NCBI GenBank assembly: GCA_950097015.1
Contig: CATNEN010000001.1
Span: forward strand, 4,960,001-5,024,000
Source of the DNA: Macrostomum hystrix
Lineage: Eukaryota > Animalia > Platyhelminthes
DNA length: 64,000 nucleotides
Direction of reading: 5' to 3'
Both the position numbers and the translations under genes were made by a program. Positions within the stretch are counted from its first letter, which is position 1, and each line of letters starts with the position of its first letter. The notes under the pieces were generated by a model that did not search any database, was not told where the DNA came from, and saw only the letters and a list, made by a program, of their open reading frames with translations. This document shows positions 36,947 to 50,555 of this stretch, in pieces.

Positions 36947-39883
36947 ATGCTTTGCCAGTCTTCAATTACTTTTCCTCTGATGACCATTGTCATCATTGTT
37001 ACCATCTGTCTGACTGCTAATCTGTCAACAGCACTGGCTAGTCCTGCTGTTGTCAAAGCTGATTCTACGCTTAAAAATAGTGGTGATCGAGTCTACCAGC
37101 ATGACCTCAGCGATCTGGATCACGACGAGGATGAAGATGAAGATGATCACAAATATGATCACGAGGCCTTCCTAGGCAAAGACGATGCTGGCAAATTTGA
37201 CAAGATGTCGCCTGAAGAGAGTCGAGCTAATCTAGGAAAAATTGTCGACAAAATTGACAAGGATAATGACGGAATGGTATGTAATTCATATTCTAATTTG
37301 GTCATTTGGGGAGTCAGTGGCAGAGCAGTCTAGCACGTTTGCCTCTTACACCAAGGTCTCTGAGCTCGATTCCGCGGCGAGGCCACATTCATTTTGCTTG
37401 TCGTGCTTGTCATGCAATTTTACCCCCTTTAAGGGCCTACCTTAAAGGCACAATGAAGTGTACACTGCCTGACGATGATAAAGTCAGGGCAGATGTACAC
37501 ACCTGTGTGAGCGTGCGCACATGCATACGGTATCTGTGTGTGTGTGTGTTCAGGAGTCAGCGAAATAGGCAGAATTTCCTCCCCACTGGCTGCAGGTCTA
37601 GTGTCAGCAAATGGTGTGTCATTGCCCGCAGCCCTCCTGCAAATATATAAGTATTGGTTTCATTGGTCGTTTAGACAGTCAAAATCGACTAATGCATTAA
37701 AAATGGTATTATTTTAATCGCCTTCTAGGTGACAGAGAAGGAGCTTAACGATTGGATTGAGTACATCTCGAAGCGCTACATTTCTGAGGATAGTCGGAAA
37801 CAATTTCTGGATTACGTGTCCTCTCCTGATGACAAGCTGTCCTGGGACACTTATAAGGCGCGCAATTTTGGCAAGGATTCGGACGAGGCAGCGTCAAAGA
37901 GCATGAATAGGTTAGTAGGTTTGGCGAAGATTTGATTGTGTTATACATTTTAATATTTTGTTGAAATAGAACAGAATAGAACAGGTTAGGCGACTATCTT
38001 TACTTACGAGATATTAGAGTAATGTTAGATTAATAGATAAAAGTAATTATTAAGTAGATAAGAAAATATGGTTGAAGAAATAGACGTAAAAATACATATG
38101 GGACCGATTAGTTGACCCAATTACAATTGTATATTGTAGCTACTAGGGAGGCAGCAAAGACAATGCAGAGATAAGTCAATTTTGAAACCTCAATTTAGGG
38201 AGAAAAATTTCTCTTTCATTATTTAATTTATCTATCCTAACAAAATAATCCCATTTAGGGATCAGCGCCGTTGGCAGCGCGCCGATCGCGACGGCGACGG
38301 CCTCCTAAGCCTGGCCGAGTTCACCGACTTCACGCACCCGGAGGAGGCGCCACACATGCGCGAATTAGTCGGCCTGGAAACCCTCGAAGACATGGACAAG
38401 GATAAGGATGGCGGAGTTGACATTAAAGAGTACATTTCCGATATGTGGACACCTAGTGCTGGAGAACAGGAACCCGACTGGGTCAAGAATGAGCGTGAGA
38501 CATTTAGCAATGTCCGCGACAAGAACAAGGATGGCCGTCTGGACCAGGCTGAGGTAAGCCAGAGCATGATTCTTCAGCTGGGTTCTACCCCTACTCTCTA
38601 CTGATCCTTCAGCCGGGTTCTACCCCTACTCTTTACTGATTTGTCAGTTGGGTTCTACCCCTACTCTCTACTGATCCTTCAGCCGGGTTCTACCCCTACT
38701 CTTTACTGATTTGTCAGTTGGGTTCTACCCCTACTCTCTACTGATCCTTCAGCCGGGTTCTACCCCTACTCTTTACTGATTTGTCAGTTGGGTTCTACCC
38801 CTACTCTCTACTGATTCTTCAGCTGGGTTCTACCCATACTCTCTACTGATCCTTCAGCCGGGTTCTACCCAACTCTCTACTGATTTGTCAGTTGGGTTCT
38901 ACCCATACTCTCTACAGATTCTTCAGCTGGGTTCTACCCATACTCTCTACTGATCCTTCAGCCGGGTTCTACCCCTACTCTCTACTGATTTGTCAGTTGG
39001 GTTCTACCCTACTCTCTATTGATCCTTCAGCTGGGTTCTACCCTACTCTCTATTGATCCTTCAGCTGGGTTCTACCCTACTCTCACTGATCCTTCAGCTG
39101 GGTTCTACCCCTACTCTCTACAGATTCTTCAGCTGGGTTCTACCCAACTCTCTACTGATTTGTCAGTTGGGTTCTACCCCTACTCTGCCCTTATCCTTCA
39201 GCTAGGTTCTACCCCTACTCTGCCCTTATCCTTCAGCTGGGTTCTACCCCTACTCTGCCCTTATCCTTCAGCTAGGTTCTACCCCTACTCTGCCCTTGTC
39301 CTTCAGCTGGGTTCTACCCCTACTCTGCCCTTATCCTTCAGCTAGGTTCTACCCCTACTCTGCCCTTATCCTTCAGCTGGGTTCTACCCCTACTCTGCCC
39401 TTATCCTTCAGCTAGGTTCTACCCCTACTCTGCCCTTGTCCTTCAGCTGGGTTCTACCCCTACTCTGCCCTTATCCTTCAGCTAGGTTCTACCCCTACTC
39501 TGCCCTTATCCTTCAGCTAGGTTCTACCCCTACTCTGCCCTTGTCCTTCAGCTGGGTTCTACCCCTACTCTGCCCTTATCCTTCAGCTGGGTTCTACCCC
39601 TACTCTGCCCTTATCCTTCAGCTGCTTGGTGTCTACTAATCCCTCTAATCCTTGAGTTACATTGTGCTCTCTCTTGCCTATCCTACCAACCCAGATTGCC
39701 AGCTGGATAGTGCCCGAAGACTACAACCACGTTGAGGCTGAGACGCGCCACCTGATGAGCCAGGCCGATGTTGACAAAGACGGCAAGCTGAGTCGCCAGG
39801 AAATCTTGGACAAATACGACGTGTTTGTCGGCAGCCAGGCTACAGATTTTGGCGAGGCTCTTGGCAAACACGAGGAGCTTTAA
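36947..39883 (+). CDS. Calumenin/reticulocalbin (CREC family) EF-hand protein, 331 aa, 4 exons
   Basis: Exons 36947-37276, 37729-37910, 38259-38553 and 39695-39883. Signal peptide, [10 protein letters not shown]-hands (DKDNDG, DRDGDG, DKDKDG, DKNKDG, DVDKDG), [10 protein letters not shown] and C-terminal HEEL ER-retrieval motif. Confidence 0.95.
37308..37645 (+). mobile_element. SINE family B in calumenin intron 1
   Basis: GGGAGTCAGTGGCAGAGC head through CAGCCCTCCTGCAAAT tail. Confidence 0.88.
38567..39624. repeat. 35-bp minisatellite, ~30 copies, filling calumenin intron 3
   Basis: TCCTTCAGCTGGGTTCTACCCCTACTCT core; the 5' block ends CTACTGA and the 3' block ends GCCCTTA. Confidence 0.97.
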
Positions 39884-41141
39884 ATGGGAACTGTTTACTT
39901 TCTCTTTAATTTTAAATTAAATCAAAATTGCTACTCCATACTACTGTCATTTGAATAGCCAGTAGTATCTGTAGCATATTTTACTTTTGCATGCCTTTTC
40001 ACCTCCAAACTGCCGCTGAAATAGCTATATAAAACTTTGTTTCTTTTAACTCAAATTCTTTCTTCCTTGCGCAATAATTAGTTCATTCGTAGTTTATCTA
40101 TATTTTGTTTTCGTTTTGCCTTTTTTCATCACCTTCTATTTGTGAACGGGTTCTTTAGTCATTCGATGTTTTTTTCCTCGAACAAACTGATTAGTATAAA
40201 TTAGCTAAGCATTATTTTATTGATTTGCCTTGTTGTCCGTATTGTTTTAGAGTGGCATATCCTACTCAACTAGCTTATGTGGTTGAATTTATCTAATTAT
40301 TTAGTCTATTTGAAATAGAACAGAGTCACCTGTGACTTAAATATCATTTTGTTTTGATTAATCTTATTTATTAAAATATCTACCGTTTTTTTGTCACAAA
40401 ATTTGTTCTGCTCTACCGGTCACAATAAAAAGTAAGCTTTTATTTGCAGCAAAGTTTTTAATATTTTGTTCATATTTCACTTATCGAACTAATAATAGAA
40501 AAAAACAAACGGTTTAGACAATCAATTTCGTTAAAAATATGATATTTTGCATGCAAAAAATGGTTTGCTGTGCAGTTTGCAGTGTCCTTAATTTAGCCCC
40601 ACTCAAATTAAGCCAATCATACTAATATTGTACTAGTACTTTAACTGTCTTCTAGTCTAAATGCTTTCAGTCCTCGTTGTTTTTTAGACAGCTTAAATCG
40701 CAGCTAGGAGTACAATGTAGATGCCTAATAAAATTAGCTAGAATAGCTTAAATAATAAGTTTAATAAATCAGTTTAATGAACTGCCGTATGCATGCCAAG
40801 TCCTAATTAAATCAAACGCAGTATGTGCTACATAAAACTCTTTTTTTGAATAAGAAATAAACGATCACATAAGTATTATTGAATTTTATCAGTGTCTAAT
40901 TTCTTTATTCATTTTATAAACTATCTATTTAAAGCTGCGGTGACGTCTAGTTATGGGAATTCAAATTTATAGGAAAATTTTCACCTTCATTGCGTCTCGC
41001 ACCAAAATACCCTGAGCTAGATTACTCGGCTAAGGCACATACATGTACACACCCTGTGTATTTCTACTTGAAACGCCGTCTATAATGCACTTTTAGGTAT
41101 TTATTTCACCTAACGGACAATTTGCAGCCTAATCAGAGTCG

Positions 41142-42777
41142 ATGGCATTCTTCAAAGGCGCCGCCAAGGAGGCCCAGAGGGCGATGCAGTTGCAGCGGCA
41201 GAGAGAAAAGGATCGAAAAGAATTGGAGCTAGCCAAACTGCGACTGGAATCAGAGATGCGAATCGGCGAAATCAAAAACAAATTCTCCGCCCACACTGGC
41301 GCCTCATTCGCCGACCAGTCGCTTGGCGAATCGACAGTCGGCCTAGTGACTCTAGACGAGATGAAACGACATCAGGAGCGTTTGAAACGCGCCGCCCAAG
41401 ACGCCGAGGAAGCTAATAAATGTGGCGCCAAAAAGTCCAAGGATCAACTTGCTGGACAGGAGGGCGAAGGCGAGGCGGCGCATACACGCGGCGGCGCTCT
41501 GTCATTTGATTTCGATGGCGACGATGCTGACGAGGGCGAAGATGCTGTTGGTGATGAAATCGGTGAAACTGGAGAGGAATCTAATGAGGATAGTGTCAAG
41601 GTAGGTTTGATTTCTATACCACTCTTCGCTATTATACCAGTCCCTTTAAACCGTAAAACAGCCAATAGTCTATGGTGAATCTCGCCCTAACTCTTCTCTA
41701 TTGTGCTAACATCGAGACACCGAAACTATGTCGCAGCCGCGGAGAGAGAAGGCGAGAGAAGGGGCCTGGGGGCTTGTCGTGCAATTTGCGGCCTTGAGGT
41801 CCAACCTTTAGGGCGCAGTGAGAGTGTACACCGCCTGACGATGAGAAAGTCAGGGAAGATGCACATACACGTGTTACCGTGTGCGTGTGTGCTTAGGCGC
41901 AATTGCCTCCTCGCTGGCTGTAGGTCTAGTGTCACCAAATTTAATTATAAGCGGAATAAATGGTTGTTGATCTGCCCCTTGACTTTCTCTTTGTCAGGCA
42001 GTGTACACTAATTGTACTTTAAAACTTTTGGCCCTTTTAATGTTGCAGAAATTATCTGCACTCCAGCCTGAAGGTTCCTCTCGAAGTGAAGATGCTTCTA
42101 ATGAAGCAGACAGAGAACACGACGACGCTGCTAAGCCAGACGATAGCGAACAACAACCGGATGACTCGCAGAAGCAGAAAAACAGGCGCAGATTTGGCAA
42201 AGATCCGCGCGTTGACACTTGGTTCCTGCCTGACAAAGATCGCGAAGCTGAAGAGCGAAGGATTCGATTGCAACTAGAACAGGAATGGCACGACAGTCAG
42301 GCACGGCTGCGCGCCGAAGAGATGGAAGTTGTGTACAGCTACTGGGACGGCTCCGGTCATCGTAGAAGCGTCACCGTTACCAAGGGCAACACTATCGGAC
42401 AATTCTTGCGCAAAGTTCTGGAACAATTGCGCAAAGATTTTCAAGAACTTCGCAGCGTCAGCGAAGATCAATTGATGTTTATTAAAGAGGACACGATTTT
42501 GCCGCATCACGTCGCCTTCCTGGATCTCATCACTAGCCAGGCTAGGGGTAAAAGCGGCCCCCTATACCTGTTTGATGTTAAACAGGATGTACGACTTACT
42601 GTGGACACAGCCAAGCCTAGCCAGGAGACACACGCTGGCAAAGTGTGCATGCGCAGCTGGTACGATCGAAATAAGCACATCTTCCCGGCTTGCAGATGGG
42701 AGCCATTTGATCCGACCAAGAATTGGGATAATTTGCCGGCCTCGCTAAAGACTGCCAATGTTATAAATGTTAAGTAG
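41142..42777 (+). CDS. FAM50: FAM50/XAP5 family protein, 395 aa, 2 exons
   Basis: Exons 41142-41600 and 42049-42777 (phase 0). [71 protein letters not shown]...[19 protein letters not shown]. Confidence 0.95.
41732..41941 (+). mobile_element. SINE family B, 5'-truncated, in the FAM50 intron
   Basis: CGCAGCCGCGGAGAGA...GGGGCTTGTCGTGCAATTT...GGTCTAGTGTCACCAAAT. Confidence 0.85.
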
Positions 42778-42836
42778 GGCTTGCTGTTTATCGTCTGGTG
42801 ACGTTTGTATCTGTAGTACTTCCATTTTTTAATTAA

Positions 42837-43772
42837 GGACACATTCTCTATTGTGTCTGTCTGTGAGTTTGTAGAGTCAGTTAATCTGTCATATGGGTCA
42901 GGGACACATTCTCTATTGTGTCTGTCTGTGAGTTTGTAGAGTCAGTTAGTCTGTCACATGGGTCAGGGACACATTCTCTATTGTGTCTGTCTGTGAGTTT
43001 CTAGAGTCAGTTAATCTGTCATATGGGTCAGGGACACATTCTCTATTGTGTCTGTCTGTGAGTTTGTAGAGTCAGTTAGTCTGTCACATGGGTCAGGGAC
43101 ACATTCTCTATTGTGTCTGTCTGTGAGTTTGTAGAGTCAGTTAATCTGTCACATGGGTCAGGGACACATTCTCTATTGTGTCTGTCTGTGAGTTTCTAGA
43201 GTCAGTTAATCTGTCATATGGGTCAGGGACACATTCTCTATTGTGTCTGTCTGTGAGTTTGTAGAGTCAGTTAGTCTGTCACATGGGTCAGGGACACATT
43301 CTCTATTGTGTCTGTCTGTGAGTTTGTAGAGTCAGTTAATCTGTCACATGGGTCAGGGACACATTCTCTATTGTGTCTGTCTGTGAGTTTCTAGAGTCAG
43401 TTAATCTGTCATATGGGTCAGGGACACATTCTCTATTGTGTCTGTCTGTGAGTTTGTAGAGTCAGTTAGTCTGTCACATGGGTCAGGGACACATTCTCTA
43501 TTGTGTCTGTCTGTGAGTTTGTAGAGTCAGTTAATCTGTCACATGGGTGAGGGACACATTCTCTATTGTGTCTGTCTGTGAGTTTGTAGAGTCAGTTAGT
43601 CTGTCACATGGGTCAGGGACACATTCTCTATTGTGTCTGTCTGTGAGTTTGTAGAGTCAGTTAATCTGTCACATGGGTCAGGGACACATTCTCTATTGTG
43701 TCTGTCTGTGAGTTTGTAGAGTCAGTTAATCTGTCACATGGGTCAGGGACACATTCTCTATTGTGTCTGTCT
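42837..43772. repeat. 65-bp tandem repeat, ~14 copies, just 3' of FAM50
   Basis: GGGACACATTCTCTATTGTGTCTGTCTGTGAGTTTGTAGAGTCAGTTAATCTGTCACATGGGTCA with only a few variant sites. Confidence 0.98.
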
Positions 43773-44081
43773 ATTAATTTCAAAGTAAAATCACGAATAA
43801 ATTAATAGCATTCTCTTGTAGTAAATTGCTGTAATTTTGCTGTAAATTGAACAGTTTTTTAACAATCAAATACACAAACTTGTTGTGCGTGTCAATTGAT
43901 TTATTTGTCACGATGTGACTTTATTCAAACTAAAATCTTAGGTAATGAGTTATAATCTTTCCTTTTACTTTTCCTGTCTATAAAAGTACTTTTACGCTCC
44001 AGTTAAGTTTGTTAATAGAATAAGTCCCTAAATAAAATCCCTGTTAATACATTACAGCCATGCAGTTATAAGAAATCAGCA

Positions 44082-47000
44082 ATGAAATTGCCAGGCCAAG
44101 TGATTCGCCAAGCGGCATTGTTAGCAGTTCCCATCGCGTCTCTAGCATTGCTAGTTGTGTGGCTTCGAAAACGCCGACAGACCTCCACTAAACAGCAGCC
44201 GCTATGTGATTTGGCGCTTAGAGAGGCTGCAAAACTTCGAAAACTGCGATATAAGGTTCTCTTATCACCTCTACTTGCAGTAGTTAAGTGATGAAATTCA
44301 TCATCCATCAAAATCACAGATACTCACAGACAAGGATGCTAGTTTTTATGTGACAATCTAGATCGAAATTTAACATCGCCCCATCTCCTGACAAAAGATC
44401 TCTTCTCCTGACACTCCGAATCACCTCCTGATACTCCGCCTCCTCTCCTGACACTCCACCTCCTCTCCTGACACACCGACTACTCTCCTGACACTCCGAA
44501 TCCCCTCCTGACACTCCACCTCCCCTCCTGACACACCGACTCCTCTCCTGACACTCCGAATCCCCTCCTGACACTCCGTATTCCCTCTTGACACTCTGCC
44601 TCTTCTTCTGACAGTCAACCTCCTCTCCTGACACCGTTCTTGCCAGGAAGTTGCCGATGACGCGGTCTCCAGAGCCTCTATAATTGAATCAGACGAAAGT
44701 CTGGCAGCTCGTTGGCCGGCATTTGAAAGTCGAGCTCGTCAACTAGGACACTGCGGCCTGGACTGCGAATGGTACTGGAGAACTGAGTATGGTGAGACTG
44801 GCCAACTGGCACTGCTGCAGCTGGCCACAGCCGATAAAGACAATGTTCTACTCATACGAGTCCAACAACTCACCGTTGTGCCGCCTCAGCTCGAAGCTTT
44901 TCTAGCTGATTCTGCTGTACTTAAATTCGGTGTCGGCATTGACGGCGATGCTAATAAGCTGGTGAGGCTGCTTGCGCTGCAGTTTAAGGAGGTAGAAAGA
45001 GATCAGTGAGAGTTAGACTAATAAAAATAATAACTGCAGGAGGGCTGCGGGCAATGGCACGTCATTTGGTGACACTAGACCCGCAGCCAGCGAGGAGGCA
45101 ATTCTGCCCATTTCGCTGGCTCCTGAGCACACGCGCACTCAGGGTGTGTACAACTGCCCTGACTTTCTCATTGTCAGGCGGTGTACACTCTCACTGTGCC
45201 TTGGATGTTGGCCCTCAAGGGCGTAAATTGCACCGACCCCCCCTAGTCTAGGAGAGTTCGTCTAAGGGAGGGAGATATGGGTGAGAGTTAGAGAGGGAGA
45301 GAAAGATATAGCTGTGCCTGATCTACGAGTAGAAAGTTGAAGAACTGTGTGAGAAAGAATCAAAGCCTAAAAATGAAACTGTTTTCGTCTACTAATAGTA
45401 GTACAATCAAAACGATGCGACACAAATTTTCCTGACCAATCCAGGCCATTGATCTCGGCTGTCAGCTGTCTGGCTGGGTGGATCTTCGCCATCTGGCAGA
45501 TCTGCTGCCATCAAGCTCAGCCTGTCAGCGCCGCGGTCTAAAGCCACTGTCTAGTCATCTGCTATCGATAGATTATTCTAAGCTTCGCTGGGTAGCTAGA
45601 ACAGATTGGGAATTGCTTCAATTAACTGAACTTCAGATTAGATACGCAGCATTGGACGCTATCACTGGTGACATGCTGGCCGTTGAAATGACTCATCTCA
45701 TTCTAGAATCCGCCAATCAATTTGATCAGTCAATTAATCGTCAGGTTAATGAACTGTGCGCCAAGTTTGTCGATGTCAAATATGGAGAACGATCCCTAAA
45801 TCTGCCGTCTGCTTTGCCAACCACTTTGACTAATCAAAAATGGGAGGTGAAACTGCAGAAGTTTGCTAGAAAAAATCCGCTCTATCACAACTGCCAGATG
45901 CTGGCTCCAGACGGTGAACTCATGTGCACCTTGGATAAGTGAGTCTAGGATGTGCACTCGTCTAACTCTCCTGTCTCTCTACTTCTCCTGTGTTTATCTA
46001 CTTCTCCTGTCTGTTTATTTGCTTCTCCTGTCTGTTTATCTACTTCTCATGTCTGTTTATTTGCTTCTGTTTTCTGTTTATCTGCTTCTCCTGTCTGTTT
46101 GTCTGCTTCTCCTGTCTGTTTATCTACTTCTCCCGTCTGTTTATCTACTTCTCCTGTCTGTTTATCTATTTCTCCTGTCTGTTTATCTATTTCTCCTGTC
46201 TGTTTATCTACTTCTCCCGTCTGTTTATCTACTTCTCCTGTCTGTTTATCTATTTCTCCTGTCTGTTTATCTATTTCTCCTGTCTGTTTATCTACTTCTC
46301 CCGTCTGTTTATCTACTTCTCCTGTCTGTTTATCTACTTCTCCTGTCTGTTTATCTACTTCTCCTTTGTTTATCTACTTCTCCTGTGTTTATCTACTTCT
46401 CCTGTCTGTTTGTCTGCTTCTCCTGTCTGTTTATCTACTTCTCCTGTCTGTTTATCTAATTCTCCCGTCTGTTGTTCTACTTCTCCCGTCTGTTTATCTA
46501 CTTCTCCCGCCTGTTTAACTACTTCTCCCGCCTGTTTATCTACTTCTCCTGTCTGTTTATCTACTTCTCCCGTCTGTTTATCTACTTCTCCTGTCTGTTT
46601 ATCTTCTTCTCCCGTCTGTTTATCTACTTCTCCTGTATGTTTATCTGCTTCTCCTGTCTGTTTATCTACTTCTCCTGTCTGTTTATCTGCTTCTCCTCTG
46701 TTTATCTGCTTCTCCTGTCTGTTTATCTACTTCTCCCGTCTGTTTATCTACTTCTCATGTCTGTTTATTTGCTTCTGTTTTCTGTTTATCTGCTTCTCCT
46801 GTCTGTTTATCTGCTTCTCCTGTCTGTTTATCTACTTCTCCCGTCTGTTTATCTACTTCTCTTGTCTGTTTATCTATTTCTCCTGTGTTTATCTCCTTTT
46901 CTTGTCTGTTTATCTACTTCTCCTGTGTTTATCTACTTCTCCTGTCTGTTTATCTGCTTCTCCTCTGTTTATCTGCTTCTCCTGTCTGTTTATCTACTTC

Positions 47001-49087
47001 TCCCGTCTGTTTATCTACTTCTCATGTCTGTTTATTTGCTTCTGTTTTCTGTTTATCTGCTTCTCCTGTCTGTTTATCTGCTTCTCCTGTCTGTTTATCT
47101 ACTTCTCCCGTCTGTTTATCTACTTCTCCTGTCTGTTTATCTATTTCTCCTGTGTTTATCTCCTTTTCTTGTCTGTTTATCTACTTCTCCTGTGTTTATC
47201 TACTTGTCCTGTCTGTTTGTCTACTTCTCCTGTCTGTTTATCTGCTTCTCCTCTGTTTATCTACTTCTCCTGTGTTTATCTCCTTCTCTTGTCTGTTTAT
47301 CTACTTATCCTGTGTTTATCTACCTCTCCTGTCTGTTTATTTGCTTCTCCTGTCTGTTTATCTGTTTCTCCTGTCTGTTTATCTACTTCTCCCGTCTGTT
47401 TATCTACTTCTCCTGTCTGTTTATCTGCTTCTCCTCTGTTTATCTACTTCTCCTGTGTTTATCTACTTCTCCTGTCTGTTTATCTACTTCTCCTATGTTT
47501 ATCTACTTCTCCTGACACTATCTATCTACTTCTTATGTTCGTCTATCAACTTACTGTATTTCTACCATTCATCTTCTGTCTCTGAATCCATCTCTCACCT
47601 ATATCTATATTCGGAACAAAGCTAGTTATAATAACAGCCGCCTCCATTTCAAACGCTTGTTCAGACGCAAAGCCGACTGGTACACAGCCCGCGGCCTAGC
47701 AACTGTTCTATCTGAGCATCCGGTACTGCAGATTCGTTTGAATTTTGAGCCCAGCGGTCGTCCTCGTGGCGATCAGGCCTACTATCTGACTGAGCGGGAG
47801 AACCGCTGCGTTGTCTGCTCATCTGAGCAGGGCCTACAACGAAAGAAGATTGTGCCAGACGAATTTAGGCGACACTTTCCCGAGCTGATGAAGTCGCACA
47901 AGTCGCACGACATCTTGTTGCTATGCGGCCGGTGTCACGCGATTAGCGAGCGGCATACTGAGGAATTCAAGCAGAAACTTATCAGCGAGTTTGGCATAGA
48001 CAAGGTGAGCCATTTGTTTATCTATTTAACATCTTCCTTTCAAAACTGTTTTTATCTACTCTGTTAATTCTTCGAGTTTCAAAATATCAACGATAAAGCG
48101 TTAATTTTTCGTTGATAGTTTCAAGAAACGTATAAAATGTCGTTATAAAGCCTTGAAAATCGGTAAAAAAATAGTTTTTTTTTCAAAGTTAACTATGTTC
48201 GTTCAATTATAATAATTAGTTTCTTTCGTTTTTCATTTACTAGGATCGCTAAAAAACATTTTTAGATTCGTTATTTCTATAACTAGGATCGTTAAATTAA
48301 AATAATTATATAGAGTCGTTACTTTTTAGCTACTAGAACCGTTTAATAAACTAATTTTCGTTTCGTTACTTATATAAATTGAATCGTTGAATTGCAACAG
48401 TTTTTTATCGTTACTTTTTTACTATGAACGGTAAATTAATGCACTTTTAGAGTCGTTACTTTTCTTAATTAACGATTAATTTAATCATCGTTAAATTAGA
48501 GCAATATTAGAGTCGTTGATTTAAGAGTCACCTATGATTTTCCTAAATTAACGCAGTTAAAATTGTAACGATGCCTACAGCAACTCATAGATGTCTTTCA
48601 TTCTGCCCCGCAGCCCGCAGCTTTGCCAGTCGACGACCAGCGCGCCAGAGCTTTAGCCAAGGCTCTGTTGGCCCACTCTAGCGGCAAAGCCAACATACCG
48701 GAATCTCGTCGAAATCAAATCACGGAACAGCTGTTAAATCTATTATCAGCTTCGCCATCTTTAGATTCAACAGCTGATGCAGCAGATAATGAAGATGATC
48801 ATGAAGATTCGAGTCCCGGCTCGCAGTTGTTGACGGAAGACAAGCTTCGCGCCATCGTTGAAGCCGCGTCTGTCAAGACGCCGAGCCAACAGTCCAGTCA
48901 GCTGGCCGCCATGGTAGTGCAGAAATGCTTAGACAATGGCCAGCTGCTAGATTTGGAAAGGCGTTTTCGACAGCACTTCCTGATTAGTATGGAGCCGAAA
49001 TTTCTGCCAGAGAAATGGTCTGTTGAGCATCAGCACGAACTGCTTCGTCCCAAACTGGAACAGCTATTCGATGTTTCAACTGCTTGA
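44082..49087 (+). CDS. EXD2: Exonuclease 3'-5' domain-containing protein 2, ~598 aa, 5 exons
   Basis: Exons 44082-44255, 44647-44961, 45445-45938, 47665-48004 and 48614-49087. N-terminal TM anchor, GLDCEW (ExoI), LLQLAT, KFGVGI, QIRYAALDA (ExoIII), PLYHNCQMLAPDG, ENRCVVC, KSHKSHDILLLC..CH, MEPKFLPEKWSVEH. The exon-1 donor (AAG|GTTCTT) is the least certain boundary. Confidence 0.92.
44404..44634. repeat. ~19-20-bp degenerate repeat (CTCCTGACACTCC) in EXD2 intron 1
   Basis: About 12 units ending just before the splice acceptor. Confidence 0.9.
45022..45244 (-). mobile_element. SINE family B, internally deleted, in EXD2 intron 2
   Basis: Reverse family body; the head GGGGGGTCGGT is joined directly to GCAATTTACGCCC. 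Confidence 0.85.
45975..47515. repeat. 21-bp (and 17-bp) pyrimidine-rich minisatellite filling EXD2 intron 3
   Basis: CTACTTCTCCTGTCTGTTTAT, more than 70 units; source of several spurious ORFs. Confidence 0.97.
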
Positions 49088-49132
49088 TTCCGTTCTTTAG
49101 TTTGTGTGCGGAAATCATTACTTTCGTTGATA

Positions 49133-49785
49133 GAGAATCTACCGAATCGGTAATCAAATGGGTTTGGAATCTGCCGAATCGATAATCTAATGTATGAGGT
49201 ATCTTCCGAATGGGTAACCAAATGGTTAAGCAATCTAATGTGTGAGGAATCTGCCGAATAGGTTAAGCAATGGGTGAGGAATCTGCCGAATTGGTAATCA
49301 AATGGGTTAGGAATCTGCCGAATCGGTAATCTAATGTATGAGGTATCTGCCGAATCGGTAATCTAATGTATGAGGTATCTGCCGAATCGGTAATCTTCCG
49401 AATGAGTAACCAAATGGTTAAGCAATCTAATGTGTGAGGAATCTGCCGAATAGGTTATGTAATGGGTGAGGAATCTACCGAATGAATCTTCCGAATGAGT
49501 AACCAAATGGTTAAGCAATCTAATGTGTGAGGAATTTGGCGAATTGATTATGTAATGGGTGAGGAATCTGCCGAATAGATTATGTAATGGGTGAGGAATC
49601 TGCCGAATCGGTAATCTAATGGGTGAGGAATCTGCCGAATTGGTAGTCTAATGGGTGAGGAATCTTCCGAATCGGTAATCAAATGCGTGAGGAATCTGCC
49701 GAATCAGTAATCAAATCGGGGAGGAATCTGCCGAATCAGGAATCTGCCGAATAAGTAATCAATTAGCGAGGAATCTGCCGAATCA
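49133..49785. repeat. ~30-bp degenerate repeat with GAGGAATCTGCCGAAT core, 3' of EXD2
   Basis: About 20 variable units. Confidence 0.92.
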
Positions 49786-50295
49786 AAGTCGAGTTATAAA
49801 TAAATCTATCGTCACACATGTCTCTAATGAACGTTTAAACTTTTAATGAAGTTAGTTATGCTCACATAATTATTGTGAAAACTCAGCGTAAACTGCAAGC
49901 AGTTTAATTAACAAATTTGTTTAGCATCATTATCAAAAGTGTGCCCTCTGCCACGACATGAAAACATTTTCGCGTTGGTTTTTTTTCTACTTTTATATAC
50001 TATTCCAAAAGAGGTTTATTTCTGCAATTTACACTCTTGACTTATACTATGTTAACTGCCCATTTATTTAGTAGAAAATAGTTTTTTCTTGTAGCTTTTT
50101 TTATAACAAATATAATCATGTTAAAGACCATGCAACAAATTTCTGCTTTTGAAAGATGTTTTTCTGATTTTATCTTACATTAAAAAAACAGCTTCATTTT
50201 TGTTTGAATATTTTTATATCCTAAATACGAGCATCGATTTCTATATTTAGATTAGGGGTATCTGTGTGTAAATGTGTGGAAATTTATATTCTTTT

Positions 50296-50466
50296 TTTAG
50301 ATTATAAAAACTGGTGTGTCCGCGTTTATATCTACATGGATGATTTATTGATCCTAGCTCGGATTTCCTATTCTATTTTTAGATTATAAACTGGTGTGTC
50401 CGCGTTTATATCTACATGGATGATTTATTGATCCTAGCTCGGATTTCCTATTCTATTTTTAGATTA
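50296..50466. repeat. ~82-bp tandem duplication
   Basis: TTTAGATTATAAA(AA)CTGGTGTGTCCGCG...CCTATTCTATT occurs twice. Confidence 0.9.
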
Positions 50467-50555
50467 TTTCATTAACTACTGATAGATTCATTAGCCGCTG
50501 CTACATAGCCTGGTCCAGGTCTGTACACCCGTGTACATGGCTATGTACATGTTCT

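Noticed and set aside
45863-47625. Long hydrophobic ORFs of up to 531 aa
   Set aside because: Stop-free translations of the EXD2 intron-3 satellite.
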